From NCBI GenBank assembly GCA_963724325.1, contig CAVRUH010000005.1:128001-192000 (forward strand): DNA of 64,000 nt, given 5' to 3'. Shown here piece after piece: positions 33,097-43,057 of the stretch (its first letter is position 1; every line of letters begins with the position of its first letter). A program made the position numbers and the translations under genes. The notes beneath the pieces were generated by a model. It saw only the letters and a program-made list of their open reading frames with translations, did no database searches and was not told the origin of the DNA. This DNA comes from Waddliaceae bacterium. Its GTDB lineage: Bacteria; Chlamydiota; Chlamydiia; Chlamydiales; Waddliaceae.

Positions 33097-34065
33097 TCAG
33101 GTTTCTGGCTGATTTAGTCTTATTAATACCGCATTTTGCGTGGTGCCATCTGCAAAGATTATTCTAACTGGGGTTTCATCTTTTGTAAGATTGTAAATGC
33201 CTGTTTCGATGATGGGGGAGTTTTCGTTATCTGACATCATCCATGCAGCTCGCTGATTTTCTTTATCCACAATACCTTCTAAGGGATATGTCTGATCTAG
33301 CGTAGTGTTGTAAAGGGTCCCATCAATATTACCATTTTTATCCAAAGCAAGTTGCATGTAATTGTTTGGCGTGATTGAATCATCACCATCTTTTGTGAGG
33401 GTAAAGACTCCAAGCGACATCCATTCAGTATTTTGACTAGATTGCGCGGTTTGGGTTGTTTCAATTTCCTTTACTTGATCTGCATAAACGTAGTTCTCAT
33501 CATCATAACCCCCATAATCGTAGTAGTAAGGTTCACTCCAACCCCAGTTGCCCCAGGCTGCCAGAGTTCCCCATGCTGCCCATTTCCATGCATTACCACT
33601 TCCCAAACCATATTCTGGATTATAATGGTGGTTATTATAAAAATCTTTATTAAACCAGTCGCCTCGTTCAGGATGCCTCTGAGCAATGTCTTTCCGGACA
33701 TTATCTCTTAGCCCATTTCTACTTAGGTCTTTTTGCGTTCTGTCTTTAATGATATTGTTCATCCGATCCTTGCTACCGAGATTTGAGCCTTTTGTTAGAT
33801 CTTGAACATTGCGCGGAGTTTTATTGATTCTTTCATTGATTTGTGAGCGGTTCGGTTTTTGTCTGTTGACATTGCGGTTAGGGGTTCTGGAAGCAGAACG
33901 GCTCATGGATGGACTTCGCTGTATGCCACGACCACCTCCGCCGCCGCCACGACCTCCACGGCCGCCACCGCCGCCTCCACGTCCACCACCTCTGGCATCC
34001 AATAAGGGAACAATTATTAGAGCAGTTGTACAAATGAATACTGATAAAAACATAAATTTTTTCAT
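33097..34065 (-). CDS. Exported protein with RGG/Gly-rich N-terminus, W/Y-rich middle and conserved C-domain
   Basis: Signal peptide, ARGGGRGGGG, WAAWGTLAAWGNWGW, EWMSLGVF...QRAAW...ETGIYNLT. Confidence 0.7.
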   Translation of the reverse strand: MKKFMFLSVFICTTALIIVPLLDARGGGRGGGGGGRGGRGGGGGGRGIQRSPSMSRSASRTPNRNVNRQKPNRSQINERINKTPRNVQDLTKGSNLGSKDRMNNIIKDRTQKDLSRNGLRDNVRKDIAQRHPERGDWFNKDFYNNHHYNPEYGLGSGNAWKWAAWGTLAAWGNWGWSEPYYYDYGGYDDENYVYADQVKEIETTQTAQSSQNTEWMSLGVFTLTKDGDDSITPNNYMQLALDKNGNIDGTLYNTTLDQTYPLEGIVDKENQRAAWMMSDNENSPIIETGIYNLTKDETPVRIIFADGTTQNAVLIRLNQPET

Positions 34066-34075
34066 GATAATTCCC

Positions 34076-34603
34076 TTATTTTTTACTTCGAGTTATAGTG
34101 ACTGGTTCTATATCAGGTAGAAACTCGCCATCGATTGAACGACCTGTTGATTCGTATGAATAATTGTTATCATCCATTTTTTTATAGATGTTTATTGATG
34201 AGGCTTTTTGTCCGTTAGGTAACGTATAAGCGGATTCTACGATCCATAGATCACCTTTTTGACGCCAGATCCCGTGGCCAAAACCACCGTCGGAGTCAAA
34301 GACCCAAGAGCGTATCTCTTTCGTTGAGGGATCCCAGCCAATGATCTGTTTACCATCCATTTCTTTTTTGTTTTTGCTTAAAATGGTGAATTTATTCGTC
34401 AGAAAATTTTTGTGTTCATCCCATGAATAACTGAGGTTAATGTCTAGGTCATCATCTTTATCTTGATCAAGCCATTGACCAACAAGCCAATCAAGTTTTT
34501 TTAACTCTTCGTGGTGTGTTTGAATACTTTGCTGTCCTTGCAATGCTATGATTATGAATATGCATGGTAGGAGTAATAGTCCCAATATGGTAGATTTTTT
34601 CAT
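34076..34603 (-). CDS. Exported DUF1579-like beta-barrel protein
   Basis: LDWLVGQW...IIGWDP...IRSWVFDSDGGFG. Confidence 0.65.
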   Translation of the reverse strand: MKKSTILGLLLLPCIFIIIALQGQQSIQTHHEELKKLDWLVGQWLDQDKDDDLDINLSYSWDEHKNFLTNKFTILSKNKKEMDGKQIIGWDPSTKEIRSWVFDSDGGFGHGIWRQKGDLWIVESAYTLPNGQKASSINIYKKMDDNNYSYESTGRSIDGEFLPDIEPVTITRSKK

Positions 34604-34698
34604 AGAGCCCCTTTTGAATTTAAGTGTCTATGTAAACCATATCAAAATTTATTGCAATCAAAAAATGCTTTTCTTCATTCGAGCAAAGAGCACCTTAT

Positions 34699-35670
34699 TT
34701 AAAGGTTTTTGATAATATGCATAACGGCAGTCGTTGACACCTTTTGAATTGTGTTGGTTTCATCATCCTCATCGCCATTAAAATTTTTTACTGCCTTAAT
34801 CACTATTAATTGAGGGTAAGTTTTGAGGAGATCATACGTATCGTTATCCAGCCCTAAAATAGGTGGTAACATGGGTTCATCAAACTTATTCCAAGCATCT
34901 ATACTCTGAAGGTCATTACGGATATAGGGTGAATTCATAATAGTCCCTAGATGTAATGTGCAGATTGGTGATTGTTCTGCAAAAGCCTCCAGGGTATTTG
35001 AGTTGCAATAATTCCTGCCTTTTTCTGTAATTTCAGTTTGCGTATTTTCGGAAGAAATAAAGCTTTCTTGTTGCAACCATCGAACAGTCTGCTGCCATTG
35101 TTTGTTGCGAGTTGCTGTGTCAGCTTTTTCGTCGGATGCTATGCGAAATAACTCTTTTAAAGGCACTGCTTTGTTTGCATTATTTAGGTAATCAAGCACC
35201 CAATCTCTTCTTGTTTCAATCGAAATGTTTGGTGCATTGGGGTGCTCTAGTTTTGCATCTTTCAGCGAAGTGAGCACTGATATCGCCTCTCTTGCAGCAG
35301 ATAAAGATGAAGTGCTCACGCTGTTTATGAGATAACTTCTGGTGAGGCCAATAATATCGCCGATTTTGACTCTGCCACGGCGTCCGCAGCACGTGCCTGA
35401 AAATAGGATCAGATTAGCGGTCTTTGCAACGGAGTACGTGAATTCTTGGTATTTTCCCGATAAAGGAATTAAGAAAATATTCGCCAAAGTTCCGTTTGAT
35501 CTTGTTAAGGTCCCTTCATGATATGATAAATTATTTCCACGATATAATTTTATTTCTGCTCCATCGCTGTTTAAGTGATTAAGCGCTGTTGAGTAGGGCG
35601 AATTTTTTCCGTCTTGGCTTGCAAACCATAAAATAGTTTTGAGTTCGGGCATCATATAATTTTTCTCCAT
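34699..35670 (-). CDS. Divergent PNP/MTAN-fold protein with inserted winged helix
   Basis: FSGTCCGRRGRVKIGDII, LHLGTIMN, LGLDND, IVIKAV.NF. Confidence 0.6.
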   Translation of the reverse strand: MEKNYMMPELKTILWFASQDGKNSPYSTALNHLNSDGAEIKLYRGNNLSYHEGTLTRSNGTLANIFLIPLSGKYQEFTYSVAKTANLILFSGTCCGRRGRVKIGDIIGLTRSYLINSVSTSSLSAAREAISVLTSLKDAKLEHPNAPNISIETRRDWVLDYLNNANKAVPLKELFRIASDEKADTATRNKQWQQTVRWLQQESFISSENTQTEITEKGRNYCNSNTLEAFAEQSPICTLHLGTIMNSPYIRNDLQSIDAWNKFDEPMLPPILGLDNDTYDLLKTYPQLIVIKAVKNFNGDEDDETNTIQKVSTTAVMHIIKNL

Positions 35671-35730
35671 TTTTAAATAATATTGTTATATATTAAAATA
35701 GCTTTAAATGCAAGAATAAATTTATTTTTA

Positions 35731-36312
35731 TTATATTTTAGTCAATTTAAAATATATTTTTTCATCATCAGATGAAACAATCATATTGAATTTTTTTCCG
35801 TAAAAAGGATTAAAGCCAATCTTAGTGGATGCCAAAACAATGCACTCGGTAACCATCGAATGGATGATGCTGTCTAATTCTAAATTGATTAGCGTGGTAG
35901 GAGTGAACCATGATATGACGAGTCCATTGTCAACCGATAAATAATTTGAGATATCTGTATAATATGCCATCTGCATTTTGCATGCATAAAAACGAAGCGG
36001 AGCATGTTCCCACTTTTTCATCATGTTTGTTGTAAATCGGTGCTCTTCCTGCTAAATATGTAGAAGATATTGTTGAACTGTCACCTGAAACATTAGATGT
36101 TGGTATTTCAATAAAGCTATTTACAAAATCATCTATATATAAATAATACAAAAGCTTTTATTTTTTTTCGCTTTTACTCACTGATTTATCAACTAAATTG
36201 CTTTCAATTGTGAGGTTGATTGAGAACAATTATCGCTATATATGCATACGGGTGCACACATGAGTAAAAACAGAAAAAAAATACTTCTATATGCATTTTT
36301 TAAAACCAACAT
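35731..36312 (-). pseudogene. Exported ~190-aa protein broken by several indels (real or sequencing error)
   Basis: SD AAGGAG + ATG 36312; ORF pieces 35930-36151 and 35731-36024 join; N-terminus parallels 25745-26008. Confidence 0.7.
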
Positions 36313-36460
36313 CTCTCTTCTCCTTAAATTTTGAATTAGCTTGCCGCCCCATTAATACCATGAAATGCAGGTACTATAGACTAGAAGCATTATATAATGA
36401 GTTTTCTCATTCGTTGTCAATATTTTTAAAATGGGGGGATGGAAGAAAGAACAAAGGATA

Positions 36461-37213
36461 TTACGGCGTAGGACATACCGCTTCGGTTTGCTCTTCTCTG
36501 TTATTAACTTTTTTTTCCCAGTCAATAACCGGAGTTTTTCCATCGGCGAGATAAGTAGTTTGCAGCCATATCCGATAAAAAGAAGGGCCATATTGCAATG
36601 GGGCATCTCGTGTCAATTCATAGTACTTAGGCCTTGGCATAATTGATGCATTTGTGTATTTGCTATCCTGGGGTGCATGAAACGTATACGCAATGAAATA
36701 TCCCGGACGGACAGTTTGCTTTTCCACATCCCATTCCTGCACCACTATCGGGAGCAAGTCATAACCTTCCTCTCGTAAAAGAACATGTGGTATATCGTCC
36801 AAAGAAACATCGATCAGTACACCATTTATTAGATCATCAACCGATTCCGTGGAGACCGTGTTAAGCATGCCACGTGCATTGGAGTCTTTAGGGATGCACC
36901 ATTTTGACCCAATTGTGATCGGAATATCACGATCATAGAGGCGTTTGACCTTGTAGGCAATGCCCGGCCTACGTGATGCCATTGAAGCCTTGCCCAACGT
37001 TAGCTGAGCTGAGGAAACATTCATTAAGCTGCCATAACTGAAAATTGTAATAGAGTCTTTACCTTGGCTGCGCAAATAATCGACAATTTCTGGGTATGGA
37101 TAAGTCCAGTAATGCGCTGCTTTTGCTTCCTTCTCGGCTTTAATATAGGAAGTGTTTTCTGCGGAAATGAATGTAAATTGTAAAAGTAAAACAAAAAATA
37201 TACGTAAAAACAT
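36461..37213 (-). CDS. Exported gamma-glutamylcyclotransferase-fold protein
   Basis: Signal peptide; IFSYGSLMN; LLREEGY. Confidence 0.75.
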   Translation of the reverse strand: MFLRIFFVLLLQFTFISAENTSYIKAEKEAKAAHYWTYPYPEIVDYLRSQGKDSITIFSYGSLMNVSSAQLTLGKASMASRRPGIAYKVKRLYDRDIPITIGSKWCIPKDSNARGMLNTVSTESVDDLINGVLIDVSLDDIPHVLLREEGYDLLPIVVQEWDVEKQTVRPGYFIAYTFHAPQDSKYTNASIMPRPKYYELTRDAPLQYGPSFYRIWLQTTYLADGKTPVIDWEKKVNNREEQTEAVCPTP

Positions 37214-37333
37214 AAAGCCTCACTATATTTCAAATAATACCATCTAATAATTATTATTATAAATTAATAATAATAAAAAATCAACAATAAAATAGTTATA
37301 TTAAAATTATTAAATGGCGTATTTGATAGGAAT

Positions 37334-37657
37334 TCAGATAGTTCCGTTCAAGGTTCCGTATTCTACTAAAGTTTTCACAAAGAAAACATGTAGCTTTTCT
37401 TGTTCGAGAACATGAAGAAACTTGTTACATTCTTCTTCGCTTAAAATAAATACAATTTCTATTGGAATATTAGAGGCTAATTCAAAAAAATGTTCCTCAT
37501 GTATGACTCCATGGCGCCCAAAGCCTGCTACAGCTCGAAATGCAGAACCACCATGTATTCCGAATTCCTTTGCTTTTTCAATAAGCCATTCATAGAGAAG
37601 GATTCCTTTATGCTTGATATTTTCATGAGTATAAAATTTTAATTGGATTCCGTTCAT
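37334..37657 (-). CDS. DUF190 (PII-like) protein
   Basis: GIHGGSAFRAVAGFGRHG...LASNIP; follows crcB. Confidence 0.9.
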   Translation of the reverse strand: MNGIQLKFYTHENIKHKGILLYEWLIEKAKEFGIHGGSAFRAVAGFGRHGVIHEEHFFELASNIPIEIVFILSEEECNKFLHVLEQEKLHVFFVKTLVEYGTLNGTI

Positions 37658-38068
37658 TTATCCTCCGATTAAATTGTAGATAAGTTTTGAAGCTGCATAT
37701 CCCATAACAACCATAATAATTGAGCCGCCTACATGTAGACCTATTAAGGTTGTAAGCCAAAATATCTCTTGTCTAGAGATAAGTGTAAAAGCCTCAGCTG
37801 AAAATGTGGAGAAGGTGGTAAGGCTTCCAAGAAATCCAGTAGTGATTCCTAATCTGATATCGTATGAAAAAAATGAGTGGTTGAAAGCTAAAAAGATTAT
37901 AATTCCCATTAATAAAGAGCCAAATAAATTTGCTGTAAGAGTTCCTAGGGGTATAGTGGGAAAGAAATGGTTGAAATATTCACCTAATTTCCACCTTAAC
38001 AATGCTCCCAAGATCGCTCCAATTGAAATACTTATTACTGCTTGCACATCTACCCCATAAAAATTCAA
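37658..38068 (-). CDS. crcB: Fluoride channel Fluc/CrcB (start may be GTG 38047)
   Basis: GAILGALLRW, PLGTLTAN, TGFLGSLTTFSTFS. Confidence 0.96.
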   Translation of the reverse strand: MNFYGVDVQAVISISIGAILGALLRWKLGEYFNHFFPTIPLGTLTANLFGSLLMGIIIFLAFNHSFFSYDIRLGITTGFLGSLTTFSTFSAEAFTLISRQEIFWLTTLIGLHVGGSIIMVVMGYAASKLIYNLIGG

Positions 38069-38189
38069 TTTAGTTGTTTAATGAATTTGTGGATATAAAA
38101 AAAGCGAGTGCTCTTGGCATTCTTCTTGACCAAATAAAAAGAAAAAATTTTTCTTGCAGAAGAATTGATGATTCCATTATAAGGTGATT

Positions 38190-38252
38190 ATGTATTTAGC
38201 AGTCTATTTATTAGTTTCCACTACGACAAATACGACCGGCTTCCGCCGGTAA
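38190..38252 (+). CDS. Candidate Thr leader peptide MYLAVYLLVSTTTNTTGFRR
   Basis: 5 Thr codons in 6 positions; accggc-ttcc-gccggt hairpin ending at the stop; 58 nt upstream of transporter. Confidence 0.75.
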   Translation: MYLAVYLLVSTTTNTTGFRR

Positions 38253-38310
38253 CACTCCCCCTGTCCTATACATTTTATTCTATCATTAAATTCAAATAAG
38301 GAGGAAACGT

Positions 38311-39474
38311 ATGTTTCGTAAAATGCCGATTATTTTGTTGGCGGTCATTGTATTTGCGCAGTTTGCAAATCAATGGATTTCGGTGCCGTATCAATCTATT
38401 TTATATGGGATCAGTTTGACCCTAAAATCTATCATTGTTTTTGTATTGCCCTTTCTTATTTTTGGGCTTTTATTTAAAACTTCTGTGCAACTTGCAAAAA
38501 AGGCTTCAAAGATGATTCTTTTAATTTTAGCCGCGATATGCTGCTCGAATTTCTTGTCGACATTGCTTAGCTATTCTGTGGGTAATATAGTCTATCAGTT
38601 TGATCTATCCATGCCTTTTCCAAAGGAGGGATCGGCTTTGATGCCTGCATGGGAATTTACCTTTCCAAAGTGGATTGGCAACGATCAGGCGATGTTTTTT
38701 GGATTACTTTTAGGAATTATTTCAAGCTGGATCAAGCCATCTTGGGCTGGTGAGATCTCTTTGAGGCTCGAAAAAATGATTAATTTGGTTCTAAAAGGAA
38801 TTCTTTATGTCATTCCATTTTTTATCACGGGATTTATAATTAAAATGAATCATGATCAAGTTATGGAATACATTCTACGTAATTATGCTTTAATTTTTGG
38901 TGTGATTGCCTGTGCAGTTTTTTCTTACATCGCATTAATTTATTTTATTGCAAATAGGTTTCAGATAAGAGGATTTGTTCAAAGCATTAAAAACATGCTT
39001 CCTGCTGGTATTGCAGGATTTGGAAGCATGTCGAGTGCTGCAGCAATGCCTTTAACCATATTAGGGACTGAAAAAAATTCTCAAAATCCTGATCTAGCCC
39101 GCTCAATCATTCCGGTAACTGTCAATGTTCATTTAATTGGAGATTGTTTTGCGATTCCAATTTTTGCTTTTGCGGTCATGAAAAGTTTTGGAATTTCAGA
39201 TCCATCATTTTTGACTTATTTGATATTTGCTGCATATTTTGTTTTGGCAAAATTTTCTGTAGCTGCAGTGCCTGGAGGGGGAATTTTAGTGATGCTTCCA
39301 ATACTTGAAAGTACGCTTGGATTTGATGGAGAGATGCTTTCATTAATGACGGCTCTTTATATCCTTTTTGATCCTGTGATTACATGTGCAAATGTATTTG
39401 GTAATGGGGGATTTGCGATGATTATTGGTCGATTTATTAAAAATTCTACAGAGGAGGTACCTTTAAAAACTTAG
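38311..39474 (+). CDS. Dicarboxylate/amino acid:cation symporter (SstT-like)
   Basis: Multi-TM; GFGSMSSAAAMP, NVHLIGD, AVPGGG, DPVITCANV. Confidence 0.9.
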   Translation: MFRKMPIILLAVIVFAQFANQWISVPYQSILYGISLTLKSIIVFVLPFLIFGLLFKTSVQLAKKASKMILLILAAICCSNFLSTLLSYSVGNIVYQFDLSMPFPKEGSALMPAWEFTFPKWIGNDQAMFFGLLLGIISSWIKPSWAGEISLRLEKMINLVLKGILYVIPFFITGFIIKMNHDQVMEYILRNYALIFGVIACAVFSYIALIYFIANRFQIRGFVQSIKNMLPAGIAGFGSMSSAAAMPLTILGTEKNSQNPDLARSIIPVTVNVHLIGDCFAIPIFAFAVMKSFGISDPSFLTYLIFAAYFVLAKFSVAAVPGGGILVMLPILESTLGFDGEMLSLMTALYILFDPVITCANVFGNGGFAMIIGRFIKNSTEEVPLKT

Positions 39475-39590
39475 TCATAATCCATCCCAATCAAAAGATA
39501 TTTTGGTAATTGACGCGCCATTAGATCTCGTCACTATGTAAATGTCATTTTCTTGGGATTATGCATATCCTGTTCTTGTAATGGTCAACA

Positions 39591-42500
39591 TTAGTACTCA
39601 AAGCCTGAGCTTAAGCTGCCTTGCTTTTTCTCAGCATTGAGACAGGTGGTTTTTAAGTAGGAAATCATTTCATCATTGCCAGCTTTTTGAAAGCCTTGAA
39701 GCAGCGGGGAAAGCAATCTTTCCTTTTTGGCAACATCTTGTTCATTAATTCTTTGCAGCAAGCAATTTAGAAGGACAGCTCCTGGATCTTTATCATTTGG
39801 ACCGTCCGGAACTTTTTTGAAACTGTTGATGGCCCAATCAATTGCAGTGCTTTGGAAGGTGCCTCCCTGGTATTGTGTCGCAAAAACTGCAATCCAGTCT
39901 TCATTACTTTCTGGGGTTTGATTTTTTAAGTGGCCGTTAAGAATATCTATATATCCCTGTTTGTTTAAAGCTTCTTTTTCTTGACGAGCCATGATTGCCT
40001 GTTTTGCAGGTCCATCGTTCATCAACGAAACATCAAATACTGTCAGTTCCTTAATAGCTTTTCTGACAGCTGTAAAAAGGGTTAACGATGGTGCTTTCTC
40101 ATAGACTCCAATTTCTTCTGTAATGGCGTCGAGATTATGATTTTTGAGTGCTGCACTAAGTTCATTTAATAAGTTTTCTCTTTTTGATGGTTCTGCAAGT
40201 GCGTTTGCAACCCCCAATTCAGCTCCAACGACTTTCAGCTTACTTTGCAGGTAAGTATTAATTATTTCATTACGAAAAGCTCTGGTTCTTTCTTCGAACA
40301 CATTGAGCATTATTCCTTTTACTGCCTTGTACAAACCAAGGCCCTCCTTCGGATTTGAAAAATTTGACATAAGACGCTCTCGAATCATTGCCAAAAAGCA
40401 CTGATAGGCACAGCTTCCAGATTTTTGCACTGCTTCATAATCTTCTTCATGCGGAGATGGAGGTTGCTTAATACCGCCTGTGCACAATTCTTCAAGCAAA
40501 GCATATACAGGGGGCATATCAGATAATTTTGAATCAATGAAAGTTGTCCATTTTTCGGGATCTTGCAGATTTTTTATGGGAACTTCTCTATATTCTATAA
40601 AAGTTTGAAAGGTATTTTCTTTTTTCCCTTCAGGATGGTATTTTCCGACTCCTTGCCCTGTATTGTAATAAATGACGCGAGCCTTTCCTCCTCCGCTATT
40701 TTCAACTCTTATAAGCGTGGCGTGACCGGGTACAGATACGGGAATTAAACAACTCTGTTTTTCGGGCAAAGAATTTATTACATTCACTAATTCTTTAGAT
40801 TGCAGCAGGCGGTTAGATTCTATACCTATTTCTATTTCTAGCTCTGAGCCATGGAGTGCAGTCCATCGAGTCTGTTGTAATATCTCCGTATAACATTGCT
40901 TCAGGATGGGCTCTGCGGGATTTAGTGTTTTTGAAAGATTTGGATCAATATTTTCTTTAAGTTTTGATTGGGTGATATTTAAGGCATGAGCAAAATAGGG
41001 GGCTACCCAGCTTTGTTTACCACCGTTGTAGGCATCTTTTTCAGCAAAATACATTTTGTCTAAAGCAACATTGGCGATTACTTTATTCATTGTTTGCATC
41101 TCTTCTCCGAACCTATCAAATTTTTGGCTTAAACCAATATGAGAGGTATATCGAACAATTTCGTTAAGAAGTTCATTGTCGTTTTCTATCCATGCTAATT
41201 GCATAAGAATGCCATATATATCTGCTCCAGCAGTAATGGCAGTGCGAACTTTCTTATCTACGCTTTCCGCAAGATCAAATATTTGACGAGCTTTTGCGAG
41301 GTTTTCTCTTTGGGTCTGATTAAGATCTTTGGCATTGAAATCTGCTTGTGCTTTTTCGGCGCCTGGAACGTTATTTTTCACCAGGACTTGGAACTCATGA
41401 TCGATAATGTCCATTTTAAGGGCTCGGCGGTTGGGGTCTCCTGCAATTACTAAGCTTTGAGCGAGGGATTGATAAGCACGAAGTACATCATTACCAAGCG
41501 AGTTTTTGGCCTCTTGAAGTTCATTTTTCAGTGTTGTCGCTAGAGTGTTGTTGGATTCAATAGCGCTGAAAAAATCTGTATTTGCGATATCATCAAATGG
41601 TAAGCGTCTAGATAGCAAAATGGTTCTTAGGGCATCTGTGTGCTCATCATAAATGCATGTAGAGCATAGCTCTTTAAATTTTTCTTCAGGGAGTTCATTT
41701 ATTAAAAATCCACATTTTAGCAGGCCGATTACAAAATCCACATTCCACTTTTTAGTGATATAGTTCAGAGTTTTATTATCAGCACTTTTTTTCAAATATT
41801 CAGCAAATGGTGTAAAATCAAATTTGTCATGCAGAAAGCTTTCATTGCAAACCCAGCGGAGTGCACGAAGAGCAAATGGTTTTTCATTAATGAGCGTTTC
41901 CATTGGAATATATTTTAAAAACAAAGAGCAGCATTTGGGAGTATATGCAAAATCAAAAGGAATTTGGCCATCTTTATTGCTTAGAAGGGGATTTGCACCA
42001 CGAGCTAAGAATGCAGCAACTAAATTTTTGTCGTTATTCTCTGCTACTCCATGAAGTGCTGTACTTCCATTTTTTAGAGTATGATTTAAATTTAGGTCAT
42101 TGTGATTTAATAAATCCAGGGTCAATTTGCGAACTTCTGGATTACTGTCAAAAGCGAGTCGGATAAAGAGGGTAATGCCTTCTTCGGGATTTAGCAGGTA
42201 GTTCGGTCCTAGTTCCTGAATGGCATTGGATAAACGTTGCAACACATTTGGATTATTAATCAATTCCGACCGAACTTGATCGGTAAATTTAAAAAAATTT
42301 GAGATCCATGTTGCATTGGTTTTTTCTTCTAACATTTTGTCAAGAATGACAGAATTTGCCAATTTTGAAAGGGTTGTTAATTGATTACTCATTTCCGTTC
42401 GAGACAGGTTATTAAGCTCGGGTTTTGATATACGGAATAGGTGTGATGCTTTTTTGATTATTTCGCTACACGAGACAACGGAGTTTTGTTGATCTATCGA

Positions 42501-42632
42501 GCATTGCATGATTTCTTTTGAAAGTTTTTGGATTTGGTTGCATAGTTCTTCGTCTTTGGTTGCTTCTTGTGCATTATCAGCAATTTTAGCAAAGTCTCCG
42601 ACTACTTTTTGAAGATTATTTGAAATGTTCAT
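39591..42632 (-). CDS. Ankyrin-repeat plus CE-clan-like cysteine protease, putative effector
   Basis: GSTALHGVA...GANP...GQIPFDFA ankyrin; GHAT / YYNTGQG / QKSGSC in His-Asn-Gln-Cys order. Confidence 0.7.
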   Translation of the reverse strand: MNISNNLQKVVGDFAKIADNAQEATKDEELCNQIQKLSKEIMQCSIDQQNSVVSCSEIIKKASHLFRISKPELNNLSRTEMSNQLTTLSKLANSVILDKMLEEKTNATWISNFFKFTDQVRSELINNPNVLQRLSNAIQELGPNYLLNPEEGITLFIRLAFDSNPEVRKLTLDLLNHNDLNLNHTLKNGSTALHGVAENNDKNLVAAFLARGANPLLSNKDGQIPFDFAYTPKCCSLFLKYIPMETLINEKPFALRALRWVCNESFLHDKFDFTPFAEYLKKSADNKTLNYITKKWNVDFVIGLLKCGFLINELPEEKFKELCSTCIYDEHTDALRTILLSRRLPFDDIANTDFFSAIESNNTLATTLKNELQEAKNSLGNDVLRAYQSLAQSLVIAGDPNRRALKMDIIDHEFQVLVKNNVPGAEKAQADFNAKDLNQTQRENLAKARQIFDLAESVDKKVRTAITAGADIYGILMQLAWIENDNELLNEIVRYTSHIGLSQKFDRFGEEMQTMNKVIANVALDKMYFAEKDAYNGGKQSWVAPYFAHALNITQSKLKENIDPNLSKTLNPAEPILKQCYTEILQQTRWTALHGSELEIEIGIESNRLLQSKELVNVINSLPEKQSCLIPVSVPGHATLIRVENSGGGKARVIYYNTGQGVGKYHPEGKKENTFQTFIEYREVPIKNLQDPEKWTTFIDSKLSDMPPVYALLEELCTGGIKQPPSPHEEDYEAVQKSGSCAYQCFLAMIRERLMSNFSNPKEGLGLYKAVKGIMLNVFEERTRAFRNEIINTYLQSKLKVVGAELGVANALAEPSKRENLLNELSAALKNHNLDAITEEIGVYEKAPSLTLFTAVRKAIKELTVFDVSLMNDGPAKQAIMARQEKEALNKQGYIDILNGHLKNQTPESNEDWIAVFATQYQGGTFQSTAIDWAINSFKKVPDGPNDKDPGAVLLNCLLQRINEQDVAKKERLLSPLLQGFQKAGNDEMISYLKTTCLNAEKKQGSLSSGFEY

Positions 42633-42815
42633 ATAAAACCCACAAAATTACTAAATAAAAAATATATGTAATGCTAAGTTAATTATAACATATTAAATAA
42701 TTTAATAAATAGATATTGAAAGAAAAAGGTAAGTCGATTGAGTCAATTTTTAGTGAAAATGAGGGAAAAATCAAGTTGGATCAACATCTATTCATAATAA
42801 TGGTAATTTTGGATA

Positions 42816-42844
42816 TTGACTTTGTTCATTGATTGATGTACAAT
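42816..42844 (+). promoter_or_regulatory. Sigma66 promoter of hicAB
   Basis: TTGACT-N17-TACAAT. Confidence 0.75.
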
Positions 42845-42862
42845 CGGGATATAGGAAACGGC

Positions 42863-43057
42863 ATGAAAAGACGTAATTTAGAGAAAAAACTTTCTGAACT
42901 GGGATGGCACTTTGATCGTCATGGAGGCAATCATGATGTGTGGACAAACGGGAAAATTAAAAATTTTATTCCAAAACACAGTGAAATTGCCGAAAATTTG
43001 GCCAAGGAGATTGTAAAAATGGCCCAACAAAATCGTGGAAAAAAGGAGGATATGTGA
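42863..43057 (+). CDS. hicA: HicA toxin
   Basis: LGWHFDRHGGNHDVW...IPKHSEI. Confidence 0.9.
   Translation: MKRRNLEKKLSELGWHFDRHGGNHDVWTNGKIKNFIPKHSEIAENLAKEIVKMAQQNRGKKEDM

Noticed and set aside
38114..38130. Sigma54 promoter TTGGCATTCTTCTTGAC
   Set aside because: -12 element reads GA instead of the conserved GC
38069..38160. Fluoride riboswitch upstream of crcB
   Set aside because: No GGCGATGG..TCGCC or GCTAATGAC-type consensus on the minus strand
42667..42686. Third TrpR operator before the ankyrin-protease gene
   Set aside because: One good half-site (TAGCATTACA) with 9-bp rather than 8-bp spacing to a weak partner; protein is not Trp-poor
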